A stretch of 64,000 nt of DNA from contig JARFYF010000050.1 of NCBI GenBank assembly GCA_030265395.1, positions 24,065,165-24,129,164 of the forward strand, written 5' to 3'. The stretch is from Rhina ancylostomus (lineage: Eukaryota). Each line of letters starts with the position of its first letter. The stretch's first letter is position 1. Made by a program: the position numbers and the translations under genes. The notes under the pieces were generated by a model, which worked only from the letters and a program-made list of their open reading frames with translations, was not told where the DNA came from and did no database searches. Below are positions 24,844 to 36,620 of this stretch, piece after piece.

Positions 24844-24937
24844 GCAACAGTCAGCAGAAGAAGCCAATGGAACAATGTGGAAAAAAACTGCACATCTGTA
24901 AACCTAAGCAAGGCTTGTAAGAATTATGATGAGCTAG
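24844..24937 (+). CDS. PIK3R5: PIK3R5 coding exon (94 nt)
   Basis: ttccaccag|GCA...CTA G|gtaata. ATVSRRSQWNNVEKNCTSVNLSKACKNYDEL resembles human [31 protein letters not shown]. Confidence 0.95.
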
Positions 24938-25233
24938 GTAATATTTTTAATTGCAATCATTTTGCTTTCTTGGAATGAAAAATAGGACCTTATCTAGATT
25001 TTTGCTGATGGGAAAGTGATTGTGTTCGGTAAATAGCACATCACTCTATCGTAAAATTTGATTCATTCTATGCTCACTCATTACTTAAGAGTTTACAGGT
25101 ACAAGTACTATTATTGCCATTCAATCACATACACAATGTAACTATATATTTTAAACAGAATTCTATAGCTTACAATTTTATAAATTTTAGCCAATATAAC
25201 CAACTTCTAAAATAAATTCCTATTTTTTGTTAG

Positions 25234-25316
25234 AATTCAATACAGAATATCTTCATCTTTCCATGACTGAGGTGGTAAAGCGACAGAACTCCAAATCCAA
25301 AAAAAGTTACAATCAG
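25234..25316 (+). CDS. PIK3R5: PIK3R5 coding exon (83 nt; VVKR motif of the G-beta-gamma-binding region)
   Basis: tttgttag|AA...CAG|gtaagc. EFNTEYLHLSMTEVVKRQNSKSKKSYNQ resembles human LTLNLTEVVKRQNSKSKKGFNQ. Confidence 0.96.
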
Positions 25317-26614
25317 GTAAGCACAGGCTTATTGTGAGATTAAGAATTCAAAGAATTTGCTTTGAAGAACCATAATTGATCAGCAAGGTTTAGCCACTGC
25401 ATTGGGTAATTCAGGAAATGAAAAAAAAAATTCAAAAATGTTTTTACTTAATATTCCAGTGACCTTCAACTTAATTTTTGCACTTTGTTGTTCTGGTGGG
25501 GAGTATTGTCTACTGGAAGCACAAATTAAAAGTGGTCAGAAAATCACGTACAATACATGGTCACAATACACATGGCACAATAGTATACAATTAGTCCTTT
25601 AAATTTTTGTTTATAATGGGATTAATTAAATCTTTATTTAAAGTACAGTAAATGGCATTAACAAATTTAACTGAAGTGAAAGAGAAGGTTTTAATTGTTT
25701 TAGGTTATTGGCAGCAAGTTGGCAGAAGTACTGTGCTTTTATTTGCATCTGTTCTTTTAAAAGTTAATAGGGTGTATACAAAATGGCATAACCTGTTCTG
25801 GTAAGAATCACCCAGAAAAAAAGTGAAAAGGAGCAGGTATTAAATCACACCATTTACATATTAACAACGAAACAGAGCAAATACAGATTTTAAATTTTTG
25901 TAATTTTGTATTCACACACTCCTATGTGAATGTGTTTAACACAGACAGGACCTAAATATTTCTACAGGAAGCATGATATTATGAAACAATCTTCCAAGTA
26001 AGCGCCAGAGATGAAAGAACACATTTCACCCCAATCTATTATTATCATCTTTTTCTGTAATCTATGTATTCACCTCCATTCCTAACATTATCACTGAAGT
26101 GCAGTTCTACGGTTTGTGATCATCCTGCTGCACAAGTGGCCTTTATTTATATATTATACTTGACAATGATTGCCTTGGGCTGTCTGATAATAAAGATGTC
26201 ACGACTGGGTGGACCTCTGATATCTCCTAATCATCCCACAAGCACTTGCTGTGTGCCACAGAGGAGCAGGAAGTCTGGTTGATATTACTCTTCTAAATTT
26301 GGCACCTTATTGAGACTTAACTAACAGATAAGATGCATAACTCAGTTCAAACAAGGGAGGTAGAAAAATATTGCCTCATGCTGTAGCAGCCCAGAGGCAA
26401 AAAGTATTACCTCTGTCCCAAGGAAATAACCAGGAATTTATAAATAACCAGAATTAAAGTTTTTGATTGCTAAGAAAATGCAAGCAATTGCATTGAAAGG
26501 GAAATTAATTAATGGTGAATAGAACATTTGATAATAAGTACATCTTCCATAGAATATTTGTCTAATCCACATACCGTCAACATTATTTGAAATAATCTTT
26601 TTCTGCTATTTCAG

Positions 26615-26730
26615 CAAATAAATATAACACAAATCAAGATTGACAAAGTACAGATAATTGGAGTCAATAATACCACATTTGCAGTTTGTCTGGACCAGGA
26701 TGAGAAAAAAGTTATTCAAAGTGTAACCAG
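26615..26730 (+). CDS. PIK3R5: PIK3R5 coding exon (116 nt)
   Basis: tatttcag|CAA...ACC AG|gtaggt. [39 protein letters not shown] resembles human [38 protein letters not shown]. Confidence 0.96.
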
Positions 26731-28085
26731 GTAGGTGAATTGTTTCATCGCTTTCACCTCTTATTTTTTCAAATTTATTTCAATATATGAAACAAAGCTG
26801 TGGTCGTACTGTGATGGTTTGTTATTACTTTTGCTCATATATAATATTTCATCATAATGTAGCTACAGTTTTGTAGGCAACTGTATCCTTTTACAAATAC
26901 AGTAAGTAGCTAGTCAATCTATTTTCTGGGGTATTGACCAGAACAAGTCCCTTTCCTTCCTCAAATGTGTCATGGGATATCTAACATCCTTCTGTAAGTT
27001 AGTTTCACTCCTCCGAGAGAGGACCCCTGCAGAATTGCAATCACCTTCTCCCATAGTTCTGTTCTGGATTGCTCGGCTCATTTATATGCAGTGAGGCCTG
27101 CATCTTTTGCCTTCTAATCCAGAGACAAAAGTGCTGTCCACTGAGATGTGACCAAAATCAACCTTCAAGGCTGTAGAATTATCCCAGGCAGCTTTTCCAC
27201 TTTATTCCACAATCTTCAGTGTTTGATTTGCAAGTTGTTACACGATCTTTAACTTCATACACTGCACTTCTGTTAATCAGAATCAAGACAATATTCTTGC
27301 TTTGGCATGTGAGTGTTATTTTATTTTTGCAGCTTAAGGATGAAATGATGTTAATAAATGTTAAGATTGGCACTTGTAGGAACCCGAAACTAGAGGTCAA
27401 AAAAATAGATCAAAAAGAATTTAGGAAACTTTATTTGAGAGACTGATTGGAATCTGAANNNNNNNNNNNNNNNNNNNNACAATAAATTCGCCTTGTCATA
27501 TAAAAAATGATCATATAGTTTCAAAAAGAAGTAGTTAGAACTGCGACATGTATTTAGCTTTTTCTGCATTTATTTCATGTTATATGAAATAAATATGAAA
27601 TAAGGAGTGTTTATTGTGATCATTAAATGCCTGATCATGAGTACATTTTAACATATATAATATATAAATGTGAACTAGTTGTTGGTCTACTATTTACTCA
27701 ACATTACGTAGAATTGTTGCACTTTTGAAGGACCAACTGGTCTCTCTTAATTTCACTAAATGAGTTGGCACCCTGTATCATATTGGGACATTCACAAATA
27801 TATGAACAGTGATAGGTAGGAAAAGGCCATCTATCCCATCTAGGGTACTCTGTATATCACACATCTGTACTTTCTAGCCCACCAACAATCATGTGACAAG
27901 TTAAAATGCTGTCATACATAAGCATCTTCAAAAGAAGTTAAATGTTGCTGGAAAGTCAGAAAATCTTCAGTGAAACTGTATTGATTTGGTAGAGCAGTAA
28001 AATATGTAGCATNNNNNNNNNNCTCTTTTTCTAGTTTGGATCCTTTATTTTAAATGAAATGTTATTTTGTCTTTCTTTTGTTTAG

Positions 28086-28233
28086 ATGTGAGGTGTCTGT
28101 TTGTTATAAACCTGAAGACAGGATGCCCGAGAAACTGAGCAAACACACCTCATTCCAGAAGTGGCTGCATCCATCAAAGTCCTATTCACTTCTCTGTCTT
28201 CCAATTGTAACCTTTAGTGGAGCCTTACCATAG
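28086..28233 (+). CDS. PIK3R5: PIK3R5 terminal coding exon including TAG stop
   Basis: ttttgtttag|A TGT. CEVSVCYKPEDRMPEKLSKHTSFQKWLHPSKSYSLLCLPIVTFSGALP*, with human p101 ending CEVSPCYKPE...SLLCLPIMTFSGALP. TAG at 28231-28233. Confidence 0.97.
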
Positions 28234-30017
28234 GGATAGCAGATGATGAATCATTATCTCTACGGACTGAAAATGTGGCCAAAACAATGGAGCTGATTTT
28301 ATATTTTGGTCTGGCACTGTTACAACTATTTATTGCAATCAGTATATTTTTTTTTATTGAGCCTAAAATAGGCATCAAGTGAAATAGAAAGGCACTGCCA
28401 ATTGAAGTTGAGCTCCAGCTGGTAGAAATGGCACCACATAGACTGTTTAATCGCCATTGCTAATGAGGCTGCTTGGGAAGGGAGAGGGGAAATGGTTCCT
28501 TGATAAGTGGTGGCTACTTATTCCAGAAACTGTTTCAGAAAATGAAACCGTAAGTGTCCTGGCAGAAGCTAGCTCATACCTCAACTAAAACACAAAATGA
28601 CCCCATCCCATTTTCATATTGACACACTGAAGCAGATGGTGCATCCAGAGGTCATTAGGTTAATTGAGTAGTTTAGCTAATTTAGAATTAGATGAGGGTA
28701 AGAATTTGGTGCAGAGGGGAAAAGGTGCTTCTTTTCATCTTTAACACTTATAAGCAATTATTGTGTAAAACAAAATAATATAGAGAAAGCTTAAAGGTAA
28801 ATATTTAAAGATTTTTAAATATGTAAAGATGAAAGGTTAGGGTATCTAAACTACATTTCACAATATACAAGATTTTCCATCAGATTCCATTGAAATGAGG
28901 TAAATTTCTGGACATGGTGACACTGCAGGACAGTGGCTAGTGATTGGTTATTGAGTAAAACACATTTATCAGTCCTTTTGTGAGTAGCCATTAAGAAATT
29001 TACTTTTCATAGGTATTGATATCAAAACTGCACGTGGTACTCCAGGTGTTGCCTGACTAAAGTCCTCTACAATTGTAGCAAGTTTTTCTCACTTTTGTAT
29101 TCTAATCCTCTTGCAATAAATGCCCACACACCAGTTCCCTTCCTGAGTCACTTGCCTCTCTCCCTAAGATCTTTTACCTCAGCACCACTTTCTTGCACTA
29201 ACTGCATATCCATGATTAGGAATGGTCTACAGACCACCAAATATTGGAAAATAGATGGAGGAAGGGAAATATAAATAAATTGAGGACATGTATTAAAAAC
29301 ACTGAATAGTAATAATAATTTGAATTATCCTGAAATTAATTGTCCAGATCAAATTGTTACAGGGAGAAAGGAAATTACTTCCTACAATGTGTAGAGGACT
29401 CCTTTTGAACTCAATATTTTAATCACCAAAAAAGGGAGATTTTATTATAGGATTGAGTGAAGGGGAACTTTTCAAGAATAATTACCATAATATAATATAT
29501 TTTTGGATAATAATTCAAAGAATGTAAGTACAATGAAGACCCAATGGTTGATAGACCATGAGGACCTATTTTATTAAATTATCAAGAGACATAAAATGAT
29601 AATAAAAGTTCTGCAGCACAAAAATTTTAAATGAGTTAAGATGGGTATAAAATCAAATTGATTAGAAGGATAAATATTACAGGCAAAGATAACGAGATGA
29701 CAAATATTAAAAAGTAATTTGGGTTCAGTATTGGCCAGGAGACAGATCACATTGTCATGACATTGGAAGGCAAGATTAGAATTAATATAATTACATTTAA
29801 TATTAGAAAGAACAATAATATTAAATGAAATAATCAAAGTCAAAGTGAAAAATCCTTTGATCCAGACAGAGTGCATCTCCAAACAATCTTTTTAAAACAA
29901 TCTAGTGAAGAGTTAACAGAGACATCAAGATAATATTTGATTAAAAAGAGATGTATGCCAGAAGATTGGCAGATAGCTAACACAATATGCATATTTAAGA
30001 AGGGAGATGGAGCATGT

Positions 30018-30312
30018 GCAGGCAACTATTAGCGTAATGCTATTACAGTGCCAGTGACCCGGGTTCAATTCCGGCCGCTGTCTGTAAGGAGTTTGTACAT
30101 TCTCCCCATGTGTCTGCGTGGGTTTCCTCCAGGTGCTCTGGTTTCCTCCCACATTACAAAGACTTACTGGTTAGGAGCTGTGGGCATGCTATGTGGGTGC
30201 CGGAAGCATGGCGACACTTGCGGGCTGCCCCAGCATGCTCTCAGTAACACAAAAGAACACATTTCACTGTGTGTTTCGATGTACGTGTGACTAATAAAGA
30301 AGTATCTTACAT
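30018..30312 (+). mobile_element. tRNA-derived SINE (Rex1-tailed family)
   Basis: tagcgtaatgctattacagtgccagtgacccgggttcaattccggcc..gtttcctcccaca..atttcactgtgtgtttcgatgtacgtgtgactaataaag. Confidence 0.9.
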
Positions 30313-30399
30313 CTTATAGACCAGTAGAAGAAACATAATAGAATTCCCACTAACAGAGAAAATAGAAAGATAGTTAGAAATAGATATTCCAATACTGAA

Positions 30400-31400
30400 G
30401 AGAGAGTATGGATTTCATGAGGAAAGTCTAGTCTTATCAATCTCAATGAATTCTTCAAACAGCTGACAGATGGAGTACTTAAAGGTAGTGTAGTTAATCT
30501 CACATATGAAGATTTCCCATACGACTTCAAGCTACCTTATAATAGATTGATGTATAAGGTCAAAGCATCCATATTAGATTTTGGAATTAAAGATTTGTTA
30601 TAAAATTTATGGATGACACCATGTGTCAATAATAGCAGTGGTGGTGGATTAGTGGAGGGTAGTGTCATTTGGGGTAGTAGAAGAGAAAATGATAAATTAA
30701 AAGAGGGTATTCATAAATTTGCAGAATGGGAATATTAATTAGTGAATTAATCTAAATACAGATAATAATATGCATAAGGAGGTTACAACTCATTTGGAAA
30801 ATTGGTACTCATATAAGGTGGTGAACCATTGGGACCTGGGAGCATAAATACAAAATTCACTAAATAAAGCAATGTTGTTATTAGAATCATTAAAAATACC
30901 AAACCAGGCACTACATTTTTTGTTTCTCAATGGATATCACTGAAAGATGGAGAAGTTATGCTCAGCTTGTATTAAACCTTTGTGAGGCTTCACCTGGAGT
31001 GTTGTGCACAGTTTGGGTCTCTTCATCATGGATAAGGAAGGATAAATAAATGACAATCAAAAGTGTAAAGTTATATTGTGATAGGTCAAGCATTCCAGGT
31101 CTCTCGTCAAGTGAAAAGAGAAACCAAAAGTGGGACTCATTGGAAGTCTTTAAAACTATGTCAGATTTTGAGAGTAGATGCAGAGAGTGTTTCCACTTTA
31201 TGCAGAATCAAATAGGAAACACACTGGAAGCATCTTTAAGCAAAGAATGCTAAGCATGTGGAATTCATTTCCACACAGTGTAATTGAAGTAAACAATACA
31301 GATTTAAGGGGAGGCTAATAAGTAAATGAAAAAGAGGGTTAGAAGAGGGAGGTTATTGGGGGCATGAATCAAGCATGTTGGCATACACTGCTTCTGCATT
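30400..31400 (+). mobile_element. Highly degenerate CR1 LINE
   Basis: Remnants aaatttatggatgacacc (FADDT-like) and gcttgtattaaacctttgtgaggcttcacctggagtgttgtgcacagtttgggtct (LY..LVRPHLEYC.QFWS-like). Confidence 0.65.
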
Positions 31401-31727
31401 CTGCATTCAGGGCAATATTACATGGTGCAGATTCTAGCCTGGAATTCCTCATGTCGGCACTGTGCAGGAAGTAGACATCTTAAGCAGAGGGATGATAAAA
31501 ATGTGGCTGTGCTATTCTGTAACACTCTTATGAAACACATTGCATATGATTGCTTTGGTAATTTTGGGCAATGGCTGGAATAGTTTGACGAGAGAATGAA
31601 ATGTGAAACTATGTGAGAACAAGAGCTAAATAAAAATAATAATGAACACAAATTATTTCCCCAGTAAAGGACACCTTTCTAGTATAGTACAAATAATGCA
31701 TGATAAACATGATATTATTGTATTTAT

Positions 31728-31965
31728 CATGCACGGTAGCATAGCAGTTAGCATGATGCTATTACAGCACCAGCAATCGGGGTTCAATTCCCATCGCTGT
31801 CTGTAAGGAATTTGTATGTTCTCGTCGTGTCTGCGTGGGTTTCCTCCAGATGCTCTGGTTTCCTCCCACATTCCAAAGACGTACAGGCAGGTTAACATGG
31901 GTTTAAGTGGGTGGTGTGGACTCATTGGGTTGGATGGGCCTGTTAACGTGCTGTATAAATAAAGA
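31728..31965 (+). mobile_element. tRNA-derived SINE with CR1-type tail
   Basis: Same head and core as the 30018 copy (ggttcaattcc, ctgtctgtaagga, gtttcctcccacattccaaagac) but ends gggttggatgggcctgttaacgtgctgtataaataaa. Confidence 0.85.
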
Positions 31966-33973
31966 TTTTTTTAATTGCCCAATATTCTCATCCAATGTAA
32001 ATATATATCCACTTAATATATTGTATTAAATTTTACAGCTCCCTAAATGCATGGAATTAATTTGAGGTATACAGGAACCCAGTACAGAATCCCTTTGTAC
32101 TGATTGAGTCACAAAGTTTAAACAAAGAATGCTGCAGGTAATTTACACTGTACAATCAAACTCCCATGAAAGCCATTTTTTTTAATGAGGGTAAGATTTG
32201 ACTTTGTACAATATCAAATTTGGTGAAACAGCAACATATTTAATGTCTCTTTCATTTTCATTTATGTCCAAGTGAATTAGTCCAATAAACCAATTAGGCT
32301 TCAGTTCAATTACTGTGCTTTAAATGAACTGAGGATAATTAATACTAGTTCCTGTTTTAAAGATTTAAAATGGCCCACTGAGATGCTGATGTGGATTAGA
32401 CTGTTTGGGGAACTAATAAGGATTCAACAGTGCTGGCGAGTAAAACTGACCAGTATTCTTTCATAAGACTACTTCTTGCTTTGATAGAATTATTTGCATT
32501 ACTTTTGTACAAATATGTCACTGATGATGGGTCAAATTACTTCAATTTCCTTTACTATTTATAAATGCAAATAGAAGTTACAGCATTGAAATAACTTACT
32601 GCCTGTGTTAAAAAGTGGTACTGCACTGAGGAATTGTGCCGATTTTGTGTACTTCCCAGCACCATTATTTCTATTGTGCAAGAGAAAATCAGTTCAAGAT
32701 AAAACTGTGGTTCATTGATATGGAGCATTGAGAGGGGCTGAGGAGGCAGTGAGAGGGATAGGGAGAAACAGCCTGAAGTTAATAGAAATGGAAATGAGAG
32801 CAACAGAGTATGGGCATCAAGGGAAGAGACAAAGAAAGAAGGGATAGTGGGTGATAGGAAGTGTTGGATAAGTGATTAGACTAAGGCTCTGGCTTGGTGG
32901 GAGGGAGTGGGGTTGGGGGGGTGGTGGGAGGGTGGAGAGGGAAGTCAAGCACTCAATTGGAGGCCCAATTGATATTGGCTATGAGGGATTGGGATGGGGA
33001 TTTGAGTGAAAATGAAGTAACATTTTTTAAGGAGGACACAATAGAAAATCAATGACTCAAATTTGCTAGTTTTGGGTTAAGTAAGTCTGGTCCCCTTTAT
33101 CTGGAAAGAAACAGTCCTGAATTCTGCAGTTAAGTCATATTCCGGAGGAACTAGAATAAATATTTGAAATCATGAGAGTTGTAATTGCACATAGCAACTG
33201 AATTTTAGATTAAATTCCATTGCGTAGCACAAAAAACAACTTTGTGCCATGCAAAAGAATTTCCACCCCAACGATTTGTTTTATGTCGAGGAAAATTTCT
33301 CAGTAGCAAGATCAGGACTGCATTCTTTAGATATACAACAAGCAATCAAAATCTTCCTTCGTTGTCTCTAAAGCTTTGCACCTTCCTCCAATTAGTTTTT
33401 TTCTAATAATTTGTGTCATCATGACAACTGATTATATTAGAATTTATAAAGTTGCTCTGGTGCATATTTTGAATATGAATGTTACTCTAGAGGTCATTTA
33501 AAAAATGATCTTTATATTGTATTTTTTAACCTGGAGTTTGGAGGTTCCAAAAGACTAACCATGATGGAGCTGTGGCCAGGCTGATTGTTGTCTACTGTCA
33601 ATGCAATCAGAAAGCAGACTGGGGAAAATTCCTGACTATGTTAAACAAATCTGACCTCTTTTGGATTGACCAAATTAATCTGATGTTGAAAAGCAGAATA
33701 TTAGGAGCCAGTGGTCTGGAGCTTGAATTCCTGTCTTCTCAGACATGATATAAAATGTGCAATAATAGTACTTCTGTTCTGACTTCTTCTTGGATTTCCT
33801 CAGTAGGTGCAGAGAATGCATTGGCAGTTTATTTCTTTCCCTTATTGTAGGGCTGTACATAAAATGTTCAGTGATTCAGATGAATTGTACTGTCTTTGTG
33901 ATACCAGATTGCACACTAAACTGTAAATAATTGTATAATTGAGATACACTATACATTTCTGCAGCATTGATTT

Positions 33974-33979
33974 AATAAA
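33974..33979 (+). terminator. Candidate polyadenylation signal (AATAAA)
   Basis: AATAAA preceded by TGTA motifs (about 33922 and 33932) and followed by a GT/T-rich tract tgtgtttgattgtttttgtt (about 34009-34028). Confidence 0.45.
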
Positions 33980-34119
33980 GCTTATTAAAATTTATACAAA
34001 ACTTGCAATGTGTTTGATTGTTTTTGTTAAAATATGAGTATAAGTGATTGAACCTGATAGCTTTGGAAATGCAGGGGAAATGTTTAACTGTTGGGAATTC
34101 TGGAAATGTATTAAGATTC

Positions 34120-35935
34120 CTTGATGCCACAGTCAGTCAAATGCTGCCTTGATGTCGTGCACAGTTATTCTCATATTCTCACCATGACCTTGGAATTCAG
34201 CTCTCTTGTCCACATTTGCACTCATAAGGTTTGGAACTACAAACAATCTGATGGAGGAACTCAGTGGAGTGAGCTGCACCACCCTGGATTTGTGGCAAGT
34301 AGTGAGTCAATCAACATGGGGGATAACCTTATTTGATCTTGTCCTTGCCAGTCTACCTGTGGCAGGTGCATCTATCCATGATAGCATTTGGGTAGTACTG
34401 CCCTTGTGGATTTAATGTCCCATCTTCATACTGAAGACACCCTACATCTTGTATGGCACCACAATCATGTTTAGTGTGATAAACAGATTGGGCCACTCAA
34501 AATTGGGCATCCATGTGGTACTACTGCAGAAATGTACTCCACTTCAATCTCATGTCTCCACATATCACTCACTCTAGTATTAGAATGAGGCCAAGGGAGT
34601 GAAACTTGGTTCAATGAGTGTAGAACAGCATGCAAGAAGCTGCACCCCAAGCATATCTAAAAATGAGGTACCAGACTGGTGAAGCTACAACACCGGACTA
34701 ATGCATGCTAAACGGCAAAAACACATGTAATGGACAGAGCAAAGCAACCTCACAACCTAACAGATCAGGTCAAAGTTCTGCAGTCCTACCGCATATCATC
34801 ATGGATGGTGATGTAAATTACCAGCTAATGAGAGGAGGAGGTTCCAAAAGCATTCCTGTTCCATGTAAGAGTGAGTTCTAAAGAAAAGGCAATGCATTTG
34901 CAACTATGTTTTACAGAAGTTCTGAGTGGATGATTATCTTCGCATCCTTCTGAGATCTGTACCATTTCAGCAACTGCTCTTTAGCCAATTCTATCTGCTC
35001 CGTGTGATAGCAAGATATGCTGAGACCCTTCTCTACAACCAGCCTCCCATCATTCTGTTCCAGTATTCCAGCACAGCTACTGGACGATTTAGAAAATTAC
35101 CCAGATATGTCCTGCTTACAAAATTCAAGACAAATCCGGTCTGGCTAGTTAGTCTACTGTCCACTTAGTCTACTCTCAATCATCAGCAAAGCAATGGAAG
35201 TTATTGTCAACAGTATTATCATGTGGCACTTACTCTACAATAATCTTTTGCTGATGCCCTGTTTAAGTTTTACCAGGAATGCTTGGCCTCAGACCTCATC
35301 GTAGCCTTTGTCCAAATATAACAAACAAAGTGAATTCCAGAGGTGAGGCGAGAGTGCTCATCCTTGAGGGATCCTTTGACATCAAGGCGTCTGATAAAAG
35401 AAAAAGCACTTCAAGGCGTCTGACTAAAGAAAAAACACTTCGATCTTCAGTTCCTCCAGCAATGATGTTCTTTCCATCATTTCACAAGTGTGGATGTTCA
35501 CTGATGATTGCACACTGTTCAATTCCATTTGCAGCACCTCAGCAAATGAGGCAGTGTATACAAGGTCTCGATGGCATTCTGGCATGGACTGATCAGTGAC
35601 AGGTAATTATCAAGCCATAAAAAGTGCCAGATAATGACCATCTGCAACAAGGCATAGTCTAACCACCTGCACCTGCTATCAATGACATTGCCATCACCAA
35701 GTTTTGCACCATCAACCATCTGGAAGTCACTTTTGACCAGAGGCATAATTGGACCAGCCATATACCATCGATACTATAGCTACAGGAACAGGTCAGAAGT
35801 TGATTATCCTGCACTGAGTGATATATCTTCTGACTCACCACCAGCACCCCCCCCCCCACCACCCCCCAAAGCCTTTCCGCCATCTACAAGGTGCAAGTCA
35901 GTTGTGCAATGGAATACTATCCACTTCCTGGATAT
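34120..35935 (+). mobile_element. Ancient degenerate CR1/L2-group LINE ORF2 remnant, with a short inverted piece at the left end
   Basis: Decayed motifs ttgatcttgtccttgccagtctacctg (DLVL..LP), cttggttcaatgag (PWFNE), agtctactctcaatcatcagcaaagcaatggaa (SLLSIISKAME), ttgacatcaaggcg (DIKA) and gatgttcactgatgattgcaca (MFADDC-like). Confidence 0.7.
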
Positions 35936-35944
35936 CAATTATGG

Positions 35945-36335
35945 AGGACTTCAGGGTAGTCCAGAAGCTGCAGACACTTGACAACTGCTGCAGGTTGTTC
36001 AATGGGTTGTTTGTGGAGCAGTGTCTGAAAAGAGCTGCCTTTGTGGGGTCCTTTGATCTTGCAGCAATGCTTCTGTTGATGCCGATGTTTCAGGGACAGG
36101 TCATTCTGGGGATCAGGTAGCGGTCTGTCCAGCAGTCATCAGTGCCTGTCCTGCCTTGTGTGATGTGAACACCTTTGTGGTTTTTAGCTTGAATGATGGT
36201 ATAATCTAATAGATGCTCGTGCTTGGACTGGTGGGTATTGCATTTGCACCTTGTGCTTGTCTCTCTGCTGAAACAGGGCATTGACAAAGCCATGCTCCAT
36301 GCATTTTGTCAAGATAATGACATCATTGGAGTTGA
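35945..36335 (-). mobile_element. RTE-clade LINE endonuclease fragment
   Basis: The minus strand reads HQSKHEHLLDYTIIQAKNHKGVHITQGRTGTDDCWTDRYLI, close to the RTE APE motif HPRSKHWHLLDYVIVR..DCWTDHRLI. Confidence 0.75.
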
Positions 36336-36570
36336 CCCTTCCTACTCCTTCCTAATGCACACGAGAGCCCAGGAGGAGAAGTAGGCCAGTTAGCCCCTTG
36401 AGTCAGCACTGCCATTCAGTAAGATTGTGGGTGAGTTGTGACCTAACTCTATGTATCTGACTTTTCACAAATATTTTTTATTACATTTGGTTTGCAAAGG
36501 TCTATTTAACTCAAACCGGAATTAACAACTGACCAAACATTAATTAGAATTGCAAAAGAGAGTTCCATGT

Positions 36571-36620
36571 TTTCTTCCACACTGCCCATGTACAAATGTT
36601 CATGGGCAGTGTGGAAGAAA
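36571..36620. repeat. Perfect 20-bp inverted repeat with 10-nt spacer
   Basis: tttcttccacactgcccatg (36571-36590) and catgggcagtgtggaagaaa (36601-36620) are exact reverse complements. Confidence 0.95.

Noticed and set aside
30018-30100. tRNA-like A/B-box sequences (also 31728, 46135, 49615)
   Set aside because: They are SINE heads continuous with SINE cores and tails, not complete cloverleaf tRNA genes.
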